Shown here piece after piece: positions 9,886 through 16,742 of a DNA stretch of 16,742 bases. The translations under genes and the position numbers were made by a program. Position 1 is the stretch's first letter; each line of letters begins with the position of its first letter. The stretch lies in UHGV virus genome UHGV-0281303. One strand, given 5' to 3'. The notes beneath the pieces are model-generated. The model searched no databases. It was not told the DNA's origin and worked only from the letters and a program-made list of their open reading frames with translations. This DNA comes from a virus.

Positions 9886-10575
9886 ATGTTATATGCATTT
9901 AAGCTGGGCAGAAAACTGCGCGGCGAGGAACCTTATTGCCCTGAAAAAGGCGGGAAAGGTGGCTCCGATAAAAGTGCAAAGTATGCCGCAGAAGCTCAGA
10001 AGTATGCCGCAGACCTGCAAAATCAGCAGTTCAACACCATCATGAATAACCTGAAGCCGTTTACTCCTCTGGCTGATAAGTATGTCGGCAGCCTCGAGAA
10101 CTTATCGTCTCTGGAAGGGCAAGGTCAGGCACTTAACCAGTATTACAACTCTCAGCAGTACAAAGATCTTGCTGGTCAGGCTCGCTATCAGAGTCTGGCG
10201 GCAGCGGAAGCAACAGGTGGATTGGGTTCCACTGCAACCGGTAATCAGTTAGCAACAATCGCACCAACGCTTGGTCAGCAGTGGCTGTCTGGTCAGATGA
10301 ACAACTACCAGAATCTGGCAAATATTGGTCTTGGCGCTCTTCAGGGGCAGGCAAACGCCGGGCAAACATATGCCAACAACATGAGCCAGATTTCACAGCA
10401 AAGCGCGGCGCTGGCGGCGGCAAACGCCAACCGACCGTCAGCATTGCAGCAGGGTGTTAGTGGTGCTGCATCCGGTGCGCTTTTGGGTGGTGGCATAGCC
10501 AGTGCTCTCGAGCTATCAACTCCGTGGGGTGCTGGTATCGGTGCTGGTCTTGGTCTGCTTGGCTCGTTGTTTTAA
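9886..10575 (+). CDS. ejection (E) protein, P22 gp7-like
   Basis: 229 aa, the same length as P22 gp7. Gly/Ala/Gln-rich C-terminal half with a terminal hydrophobic Gly-rich segment (GGGIASALELSTPWGAGIGAGLGLLGSLF). Position after gene 14. Confidence 0.75.
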   Translation: MLYAFKLGRKLRGEEPYCPEKGGKGGSDKSAKYAAEAQKYAADLQNQQFNTIMNNLKPFTPLADKYVGSLENLSSLEGQGQALNQYYNSQQYKDLAGQARYQSLAAAEATGGLGSTATGNQLATIAPTLGQQWLSGQMNNYQNLANIGLGALQGQANAGQTYANNMSQISQQSAALAAANANRPSALQQGVSGAASGALLGGGIASALELSTPWGAGIGAGLGLLGSLF

Positions 10576-10585
10576 GGGGTAATCA

Positions 10586-11935
10586 ATGGCTACGTGGCAA
10601 CAGGGTATTAATTCTGGTGGTTTTCTGGCTGGCATTGGTGCGCAAAATGAGAATGCGCCAAAGGCAAGCGACATTAACGCAACGCTTGGTCTGATTCGCG
10701 AAAACAATGAACTGGCTCGATCAGGTGCAAATAACGTTGGTCTGACCGCGTTACGTGGTCTGGCTGGAGTTGCTGATATTTATAAGCAGGAACAGCAACA
10801 GAAAGCTATTAGTGCGTTCAATAAGGTTCACGCTGATGCATGGGCTTCTGGTGATCCATCGGGACTATTTAAGTTTGCCCAGGAAAATCCAGCGTTTGTT
10901 GCACAGGCACAACAGGCGTTTTCCGGTCTTAATGATCAGCAACGCAACGATATGGGCGATTTAGCCATGAGGGCTAACGTCGCTCTTTCTCAGGGACCGG
11001 AAGCCTACAGTAAATTCATTACTGACAACAAGGACAGGTTAAATCGCGTTGGTGCTAATGCTGACTGGATGATTCAGACAGGTATCCAGAATCCAGAGCA
11101 GCTATCACACATGCTGACTACTATGTCTCTCGGTGCGCTTGGACCAGAAAAGGCGTTTGCTGTTCAGGATAAGATGGTTGGTCGCCAGCAGGAGCAGCAA
11201 AGAATTAACGAAACCATTCGCAATAATGACATGACGAATGCGAGGGCTATTAGGGGGCAGGATCTTTCCTATAAGGCTCAAATGGCAAGACTGAATCACG
11301 ACAAGTATGTGTTTAAGCAGTCACAGGCGGCCCTTGAAAGAGCAGGACAACTTCAGGATATGGATGTTTTGTCTCTTAACTCACAGATAGCAGCGACGGG
11401 AATTGATCCGCTAACCGGTAAAGCTGCAACGTCAGCCAGAATGTCTCAGGCTAAGAGATGGCTTGATGGCAACAATAATTACAACAATGCGTTGATTACT
11501 GGTGAGCGAGGGATAGAGAAAATTGATTCTTTGCTTGGTAAGAAGGAGCTTGAAGGTATCGGTCGCTTCGAAGGAAGAAATATAGATGGCTTCACAAGTG
11601 CTGAAGGGCTTGCAAACCGTAATGCGATAGAAGAATTAAAGTCGGGTGCGTTTGTCCAGAACGTGCAGACTATGCGAGGTATGGGTAGCCTCTCCAATGC
11701 TGAAGGCCAAAAACTGGAAAACCTGATCGCGAAACTCGATATAACACAGCCTGAAGAGGTCGTCAGAAAACAGTTATCTGAAATACGATCTCAATATTCT
11801 GTATTTCAAAAGGTTGCAGCAAGGGAGGCTGAATCAATGGGATATAGTTCATCAGGTTATGACACATATGTTAGTGAGCGAAAATCAGGAAGCGACAGCA
11901 ATAAGTCCGGTTTCTCGTCTTTATGGGGTGATTAA
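10586..11935 (+). CDS. ejection (E) protein, P22 gp20-like
   Basis: 449 aa in the gene 20 position. AAGGGG ribosome-binding site upstream. The 3' third of the gene is noticeably more AT-rich than the 5' part. Confidence 0.7.
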   Translation: MATWQQGINSGGFLAGIGAQNENAPKASDINATLGLIRENNELARSGANNVGLTALRGLAGVADIYKQEQQQKAISAFNKVHADAWASGDPSGLFKFAQENPAFVAQAQQAFSGLNDQQRNDMGDLAMRANVALSQGPEAYSKFITDNKDRLNRVGANADWMIQTGIQNPEQLSHMLTTMSLGALGPEKAFAVQDKMVGRQQEQQRINETIRNNDMTNARAIRGQDLSYKAQMARLNHDKYVFKQSQAALERAGQLQDMDVLSLNSQIAATGIDPLTGKAATSARMSQAKRWLDGNNNYNNALITGERGIEKIDSLLGKKELEGIGRFEGRNIDGFTSAEGLANRNAIEELKSGAFVQNVQTMRGMGSLSNAEGQKLENLIAKLDITQPEEVVRKQLSEIRSQYSVFQKVAAREAESMGYSSSGYDTYVSERKSGSDSNKSGFSSLWGD

Positions 11936-14103
11936 TGGCTAAGGCATGGAAAGATGTTATCGCTTCTCCACAGTATCAGGCGTTAACTGAAGAACAGAAA
12001 GCACAGGCTCAAGCGCAATATTTTGATGAGGTTGTTGCCCCTAAGGCTGGTGACAAATGGGCTGAAGCAAGAGATCAGTTTTATGCAGCATACCCTCCGC
12101 CTCAGCAGCAGAAAGAAGAACCATCATTGATGCAACAAGCTGGTGATTGGCTCACAGGTGGTCAAAGTGCAGGGCAAATTGCAGAACAGGCTGGTCGTGG
12201 TCTGGTAAACATACCATTTGACGTATTGCAGGGTGGCGCAAGTCTGATTAATGCAATCAGCCAGGGGCTTGGCGGCCCCAAGGTTTTGGATGATGTTTAT
12301 CGCCCCGTCGATCGACCGACAGACCCTTACGCGCAAGCCGGTGAAACAATTGGTGGGTATCTCCTGCCAATTGGCACAGCGGCAAAAGCTGCTGGATCGC
12401 CAGCAAAGCTCGCTGAAGATATCGGTTCCGCAGGAAACATGATTGCAGGTTCTCTTGCTGATGCTGCAAATCAGGAGGGCGACTTTGCACAAAATGCTGC
12501 CATTAACGGTGGTATCAATATTGGTGCTCAGGGGATACTTTCTGGCGCTGGAAGGATCTTAACATCTAAATCACCTCAAGTTCTTGGTGGCGGGGCAATA
12601 AATTCCGCTGCTGATGTTTCGAAAATGGCAAAGTCTGGTACAGGAAGAGAGATTATTGCCAGACAGTCAGCTAATGTGTCAGACGAAATAGCAAAAGCAG
12701 CAGATACTGCTGGAATAGATATCAACGCATTAACTCCTGGCATGAGATCAGGTAGTCGTGGTCTTGCTCAGGCGGAGGGGATTCTGGCGTCAAAGCCCGG
12801 AATTACACAGGATGCACACACCAAAGCATTCAGTGAAATAGAGTCGAAATTTAACTCAGCATTGGATGAGTTTGGGGCTGAAGCAGGAACTGCATCAGAA
12901 AAAAGTGCAGCCATAAAACAAAGGGTTTTGGCAAGTATTGATAAAATGAAAAATTCAGAAAAGGCCGCATGGGATAGCGTCCGCTCCACGATGCCTGACG
13001 CAAAGGCCAGAATGTCAAACCTGAACGCTACAATTCAGGGTGATATTTTGGCTGGCATGCCGCTAACTCCTGAGATGAAACAATTCGCATCTGCTTATGC
13101 TAAAACTGGTAAAAAAGGAATCACGTTTGATGCCATGAAGGCATGGCGAAGTAAACTTGCTGACGCAGAGCAGAAGTATATAAGGTCTGGTGAGGCAAAT
13201 ACGGCAAGGCGCATGGCTGAGCTTCGTGATGCAGCAACGGAAGATATGCGCATAATGGCTCAAAATGGCGGTTTTCTTGATGACTGGCAAAAAGCTAATG
13301 ATCTGTCAAAGGCAAGATTTACAGCACAAGAACAGGCTGAAGCGGCGTTTGGTAGAGACCTTGCAACTGATCAGTTGGTAACTAATGGCTCTAAGGCGTT
13401 ACAGGGTTCAGCAAAAAGTGGAACAGGTCAGTTCCATAAAATAATAAGTGCCCTACCTGAGTCAGAACGCGCGCCAGCAATTGCATCAATATTACAAGAT
13501 GCAATGTCGCAAGGGGTACGCGGAGGTAAGTCTGAAGAGGCTGGAATTAAGCATATCGCGACTATTCTTACCCCACAAAACGTGAAGGCAATTAGTCGAT
13601 ATTCTCCAGAACTTGGCAGGATTACAAGTTCATACGGAGAACTTGCACGAGCAGCAACAAAGCCACTTCGATATGTTGAACAGACAGGGCGATCTATGCC
13701 AGCCATTAGCACTCTTGAGAATGGCCTTCATCCAGTTTTAGAGAGCGCATTGTCTGGCGCTTTTAGAACTACTGGCACTATCGCAGGGTTCTCTGGAGGA
13801 GGCGTTATTGGAGCAATAGCGGGTGGCGCTGCAGGTGGGGCAATTGATGCAATGGCAAAAGGAGCGATAGCGAAATTATCCGCAACTAGAAGCGGTCGTT
13901 ACGCTATTGAAAAGGCTGTTCAAGAGGCAACAAAGGCAGTTAAGGTTGGGGCAAGTGATGGCGCATTAGCGGCGGCGGAACGCAGATTTATGGCAAATAA
14001 GGCCGCCGTAAAAGCAATACGCGAGGCACTAGGAAACGAAGAGTTCCAGCGTTTAGCAAGAGCTGGAATTGTGGCATCGCTAAGCGGAATGGCACAGGAG
14101 TAA
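11935..14103 (+). CDS. ejection (E) protein, P22 gp16-like (extended, 722 aa)
   Basis: Last gene of the late train, start overlapping the upstream stop. Gly/Ala-rich hydrophobic segment near the C-terminus ([29 protein letters not shown]), compatible with a membrane-active ejection protein. Longer than P22 gp16 (about 609 aa). Confidence 0.7.
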   Translation: MAKAWKDVIASPQYQALTEEQKAQAQAQYFDEVVAPKAGDKWAEARDQFYAAYPPPQQQKEEPSLMQQAGDWLTGGQSAGQIAEQAGRGLVNIPFDVLQGGASLINAISQGLGGPKVLDDVYRPVDRPTDPYAQAGETIGGYLLPIGTAAKAAGSPAKLAEDIGSAGNMIAGSLADAANQEGDFAQNAAINGGINIGAQGILSGAGRILTSKSPQVLGGGAINSAADVSKMAKSGTGREIIARQSANVSDEIAKAADTAGIDINALTPGMRSGSRGLAQAEGILASKPGITQDAHTKAFSEIESKFNSALDEFGAEAGTASEKSAAIKQRVLASIDKMKNSEKAAWDSVRSTMPDAKARMSNLNATIQGDILAGMPLTPEMKQFASAYAKTGKKGITFDAMKAWRSKLADAEQKYIRSGEANTARRMAELRDAATEDMRIMAQNGGFLDDWQKANDLSKARFTAQEQAEAAFGRDLATDQLVTNGSKALQGSAKSGTGQFHKIISALPESERAPAIASILQDAMSQGVRGGKSEEAGIKHIATILTPQNVKAISRYSPELGRITSSYGELARAATKPLRYVEQTGRSMPAISTLENGLHPVLESALSGAFRTTGTIAGFSGGGVIGAIAGGAAGGAIDAMAKGAIAKLSATRSGRYAIEKAVQEATKAVKVGASDGALAAAERRFMANKAAVKAIREALGNEEFQRLARAGIVASLSGMAQE

Positions 14104-14487
14104 TTAGTCATCCATGGATGGATTGAGCTTATCTCGTGTTGATGTGGCAATTTTCCCAACATTTTTCAACCAAGATTTTAAGAAGGATATGTCGTCCTTA
14201 ATATCATGAATATCCTCATTCTTTATACGATCAACCTTATCCTCTAAGCTCTCTATAGAACGCTCAATGCTAGACAGAGAGATTTTTAAGTCCCCTTGCT
14301 CACGTTCCAGTGAGGATTTGAGAGCATAATATTCGTTTTCTAGAATTCCTATTTTTTTTGTTAGAGAGTGCATTCGATACTCATACACCAAACCAGAAAC
14401 GACTAATGCAGCCAACAGAAACCATTCAAGCACACCAACCTCCTTAGTTTTGAGCAGGATACCAGATGATGTATGGAGAGGCATCAT
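14104..14487 (-). CDS. small membrane protein with N-terminal TM helix and C-terminal coiled coil (sieA-position cargo gene)
   Basis: 127-codon ORF in AT-rich DNA, where long ORFs are unlikely by chance. Hydrophobic segment VLEWFLLAALVVSGLVYEY, then a heptad-like charged region (LENEYYALKSSLEREQGDLKISLSSIERSIESLEDKVDRIKNE). No obvious Shine-Dalgarno before the ATG, so the start is uncertain. Its stop abuts the gp16-like stop with zero spacer (TAA/TTA at 14101-14106). Confidence 0.55.
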   Translation of the reverse strand: MMPLHTSSGILLKTKEVGVLEWFLLAALVVSGLVYEYRMHSLTKKIGILENEYYALKSSLEREQGDLKISLSSIERSIESLEDKVDRIKNEDIHDIKDDISFLKSWLKNVGKIATSTRDKLNPSMDD

Positions 14488-14508
14488 CTACTGGTGATAG
14501 AACGATGG

Positions 14509-14537
14509 TTGCATAATGATATCACGTGACGTAGAAT
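14509..14537 (+). promoter_or_regulatory. candidate sigma70 promoter for the two-gene cassette, with overlapping palindromes in the spacer
   Basis: -35 TTGCAT (14509-14514), 17-bp spacer, -10 TAGAAT (14532-14537). The spacer holds palindromes TGATATCA (14517-14524) and TCACGTGA (14522-14529). Predicted start site is about 60 nt upstream of the ATG at 14606. Confidence 0.4.
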
Positions 14538-14605
14538 TACTGCGCATAGCGTGTATTCAATGGATGCATAGCTATTGATAATCTCCGATAAGAAAGGAGG
14601 TTTGT

Positions 14606-15172
14606 ATGAGCAATGAGACTAATGGGATTGATGAAATGTTTAGCTTGAACGCTGCCAAAGCTGGAGTCGCAATAGGTTTGCTATTACAGCAAGCTTCTGC
14701 GTTCAGTTGTGAGGTGGTTGTTACTGATAACGTTCAGCACGCTTACCATCAATCCTCATTCAGCAGTGAACAGGCTAATGATGAGCTTCATGAGGCGGTG
14801 TCTTCGATTAAAGAATTGTCTCGAATGCTGAAATACGCTTATCGTGTTCTTGCAAACGCTACCGATGAGAATGTAGACAATGTGTTGTCTATCATTGAAC
14901 CAGAAAAGTCTCGATTGATAGAGCATCAATTGAGAGGACTTGAAGGGGCAATGAAATCGGTATTCAAAGAAGCTTCTGCTGATTTTAAAGAGATCGCAAG
15001 AGATATCTATATCGTTGTTGCTGATGCTAGATCTGCCGTAACTAACCTGAATAGTCTTATTAAACAACGCTCATGTGTTCCGGTTGTTTTTGATAGTTCC
15101 GTAGATATGGCTGGTTTGCGTGCGCTTGCTGAGCACGGGACTCGTGTGTTTCACTCTGGTAACTTCCACTGA
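14606..15172 (+). CDS. hypothetical protein (188 aa), upstream partner of the YafO-like toxin; candidate antitoxin/immunity component of unknown family
   Basis: Strong ribosome-binding site AAGGAGG 5 nt upstream of the ATG. Stop codon TGA overlaps the Shine-Dalgarno (GAGG) of the downstream gene, with an 8-nt gap. Acidic, predicted mostly helical, no DNA-binding or TM motif that I recognise. Confidence 0.75.
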   Translation: MSNETNGIDEMFSLNAAKAGVAIGLLLQQASAFSCEVVVTDNVQHAYHQSSFSSEQANDELHEAVSSIKELSRMLKYAYRVLANATDENVDNVLSIIEPEKSRLIEHQLRGLEGAMKSVFKEASADFKEIARDIYIVVADARSAVTNLNSLIKQRSCVPVVFDSSVDMAGLRALAEHGTRVFHSGNFH

Positions 15173-15180
15173 GGTAAAAC

Positions 15181-15630
15181 ATGCAAGTAACCGTGGAATA
15201 TAATCAGGATAGTTTTGACTATTTTTTCTCCCCGGTTTTTGTTGAGTTTCCTGATTTAAAACAAACACTTGTAGATGATTTTATCATCTACAAGTCTACG
15301 GGAACGTTGCCCAGCTATTTTGGCAGAGACACCTCTTATCATCGGCCTCCTGATATTGAAGATGCAGGTCTTATGCACCTTCATTTAGCAATTGGTGAAA
15401 ATAAATTTGAGCCAATAAAAAATGGCACAGATATCAGCACACCGCAAAAGTTGCAGTGGCATAAAACATCCAATACCGCTCTCGTTTATGCACAAAATCT
15501 TTTTGATGAGAACAGGTATTCATTGATTGCTCTTTTTCATCCAGTAGCTCACATGTCTGCTAACAATCATAATAGAATGAGAGTGTTAGCAGGGTATGCG
15601 AGAGACTTTAGAAACACTATGTTTGACTAA
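15181..15630 (+). CDS. YafO-family toxin-like protein (ribosome-dependent mRNA interferase family)
   Basis: 149 aa. Motifs DFIIYKSTGTLPSYFGRD, HLHLA, ALVYAQNLFDENRYSLIALF and NNHNRM...FR align by eye with E. coli YafO as I recall it (DFISYKRDGVLPDTFGRD, HIHLA, HLVYCQGAFDEQAWLLIAIL, NNQMH...FR). Followed by an intrinsic terminator. Confidence 0.8.
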   Translation: MQVTVEYNQDSFDYFFSPVFVEFPDLKQTLVDDFIIYKSTGTLPSYFGRDTSYHRPPDIEDAGLMHLHLAIGENKFEPIKNGTDISTPQKLQWHKTSNTALVYAQNLFDENRYSLIALFHPVAHMSANNHNRMRVLAGYARDFRNTMFD

Positions 15631-15656
15631 ACCCACCGTCAGGTGGGTTTTTTTAT
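15630..15656 (+). terminator. rho-independent terminator after the toxin gene
   Basis: Stem ACCCACC (15631-15637), loop GTCA, GGTGGGT (15642-15648), then a T-run to 15654. Starts immediately after the stop codon at 15628-15630. Confidence 0.75.
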
Positions 15657-15686
15657 CTTCTCTACTTTAAAGATTAAGGAAATACC

Positions 15687-15866
15687 ATGACCATAGAAGA
15701 ACGTGTGGAAAACCTTGAACGCACCATCAAAGTGATGAAGTGCCATCTTGGAGAACTTCATCTTGAATCACTGAAGCATCAAGCAGAAGAGCTTGAGAAA
15801 TCAGCAAAATCAATGCGCAGTCGTTACGATTCGACTCTGGAGGCTATTAAAAACGGTAGCTATTGA
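15687..15866 (+). CDS. small hypothetical coiled-coil protein (59 aa)
   Basis: ATG at 15687 with AAGGA 7 nt upstream; charged helical sequence (MTIEERVENLERTIKVMK...). Not in the ORF track, presumably because it is under the length cut-off. Its 3' end overlaps the 3' end of the convergent minus-strand ORF by 20 nt, so one of the two may be spurious. Confidence 0.35.
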   Translation: MTIEERVENLERTIKVMKCHLGELHLESLKHQAEELEKSAKSMRSRYDSTLEAIKNGSY

Positions 15867-16032
15867 TACGAGAAGCAGTATCCAGATCATCCCTATCTCC
15901 GCTTCTTGTTAGTTCATCAAAAACAGCTTGTCGAGCATCTGGTGGCAACTTGGAGTAGATAAGTGATACCAGTTTATGAAGTTTCTTTAACTCGCGCTGC
16001 AACTCTTCGTTAGACATTGGTTTATTATTCAT
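15847..16032 (-). CDS. hypothetical protein (61 aa), distal gene of the mnt operon
   Basis: ORF in AT-rich DNA on the same strand as and downstream of mnt and orf90, 24-nt gap from orf90. Weak Shine-Dalgarno (AGGT about 9 nt upstream). No family recognised. Confidence 0.5.
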   Translation of the reverse strand: MNNKPMSNEELQRELKKLHKLVSLIYSKLPPDARQAVFDELTRSGDRDDLDTASRINSYRF

Positions 16033-16056
16033 TTTACATACCTGCCATGTACGCCG

Positions 16057-16329
16057 TTAATTAACTAATGTCATTGAACCTGGAAGGTTGCCACCTCTGA
16101 GATCAATACATTCTTCAGCTGTAGCCATTCTCCAATTTCCAAAAGCATCACGTATAGCAAATTGGTCTTCAAAGCCAAGCCAGATAGAGCACTGACCAAA
16201 CTCATCATATGTCTCTATCCGTATTGACTCTTCGGTAAACGGATAATAAGCTTCATATCTCTTTGCAAGCTCAATAGTGAAAGGAAGTACTTTTATTTGC
16301 TCGAAAATTTCTTTGTTCGTTGGTTTCAT
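16057..16329 (-). CDS. hypothetical protein (90 aa), translationally coupled to mnt
   Basis: Start ATG overlaps the mnt stop (ATGA, 16326-16329). GGGATGGG/AAGGGA purine-rich stretch 6-10 nt upstream. No family recognised. Confidence 0.6.
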   Translation of the reverse strand: MKPTNKEIFEQIKVLPFTIELAKRYEAYYPFTEESIRIETYDEFGQCSIWLGFEDQFAIRDAFGNWRMATAEECIDLRGGNLPGSMTLVN

Positions 16330-16568
16330 TTCCCATCCCTTACACGTTGTAGAACATCAATAGTCACATCAAGAGCCTCTTTCTCTGACTTGGTCAGTTG
16401 CTGACTACTTGAAGGTATTACCTGCTCTTTATGTATCTTTATCCACAATTGGATAGCGGCAATAATTTCAGCATTGATAGAGCGACGATTTGTTGCAGCA
16501 ATATGCGTAAGTTGCTGTTTTATCTCATCTGGCATTCTTACGTTGAATTGCGGATCATTTCTAGCCAC
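16326..16568 (-). CDS. mnt: Mnt-like ribbon-helix-helix repressor (immI region)
   Basis: 80 aa starting at a GTG (reverse complement of CAC at 16566-16568) with AAGGAG 6-7 nt upstream. N-terminus MARNDPQFNVRMPDEIKQQLTHIAATNRRSINAEIIAAIQ resembles P22 Mnt (MARDDPHFNFRMP...ANGRSMNSELLQIV) as I recall it. Divergent from an Arc-like gene. Confidence 0.85.
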   Translation of the reverse strand: MARNDPQFNVRMPDEIKQQLTHIAATNRRSINAEIIAAIQLWIKIHKEQVIPSSSQQLTKSEKEALDVTIDVLQRVRDGK

Positions 16569-16585
16569 GTCATTCTCCTTTTATT

Positions 16586-16640
16586 TGTTGACATGCTAGA
16601 ACGGTAGTAGTACGCTTTCAATAGTAGTACGGTAATACCA
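16586..16640. promoter_or_regulatory. divergent overlapping promoter/operator region between mnt and arc, with a direct repeat TAGTAGTACG
   Basis: + strand: -35 TTGACA (16588-16593), 17-bp spacer, weak -10 TACGCT (16611-16616). - strand: -35 TTGAAA (complement of 16616-16621), 17-bp spacer, -10 TAGCAT (complement of 16593-16598). Direct repeat TAGTAGTACG at 16605-16614 and 16623-16632, each containing the palindromic core GTAC. Confidence 0.4.
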
Positions 16641-16653
16641 CAAAGGGGATGAC

Positions 16654-16742
16654 ATGCAAGGTGCAAGAAAAATGCCGCAGTTCAATTTGCGGTGGCCTAA
16701 AGAAGTATTGGATTTGGTGCGCAAGGTAGCTGAAGAGAACGG
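16654..16742 (+). CDS. arc: Arc-like ribbon-helix-helix repressor, 5' part only (truncated by the window end)
   Basis: Translation MQGARKMPQFNLRWPKEVLDLVRKVAEENG... resembles P22 Arc (MKGMSKMPQFNLRWPREVLDLVRKVAEENGRS...) as I recall it. AAAGGGGA ribosome-binding site upstream. Runs off the window. Confidence 0.85.
   Translation, partial: MQGARKMPQFNLRWPKEVLDLVRKVAEEN

Noticed and set aside
14538-14556. Possible LexA (SOS) box near the cassette promoter (CTG-N10-GTA)
   Set aside because: E. coli yafO is SOS-regulated, so I looked for a LexA box, but the site ends in GTA rather than CAG and does not fit CTGT-N8-ACAG.
1-16742. tRNA genes, CRISPR arrays, IS elements, integrase or att sites
   Set aside because: No cloverleaf-like tRNA candidates, no spaced direct-repeat arrays, no transposase-like ORFs or terminal inverted repeats were seen; the integration module is evidently outside this window.

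Overview
This window is the late (morphogenetic) operon of a P22-like / Sf6-like short-tailed phage or prophage, followed by an AT-rich accessory island and the start of an immI-type region (mnt/arc). On the + strand, 74-14103 carries a tightly packed, translationally coupled gene train: a small hypothetical gene, terminase small and large subunits, portal, scaffold, coat, gp4-, gp10-, gp26- (tail needle), gp14-like, and three ejection proteins (gp7-, gp20-, gp16-like). No tailspike, integrase, tRNA or CRISPR is in the window. From 14104 to about 16330 the composition turns visibly AT-rich and the gene content becomes cargo-like. It holds a small membrane/coiled-coil protein (- strand), a self-contained two-gene operon with its own promoter and terminator whose second gene looks like a YafO-family toxin and whose first gene (188 aa) I do not recognise, and an Mnt-like repressor operon (- strand) carrying two unknown small genes, divergent from a truncated Arc-like gene at the window end. 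The most interesting candidate for an undescribed system is the 188-aa partner plus YafO-like toxin cassette at 14606-15630, with the Mnt-driven orf90/orf61 pair second. All homology statements come from reading the translations and from my recollection of P22/Sf6 proteins; no database search was run.
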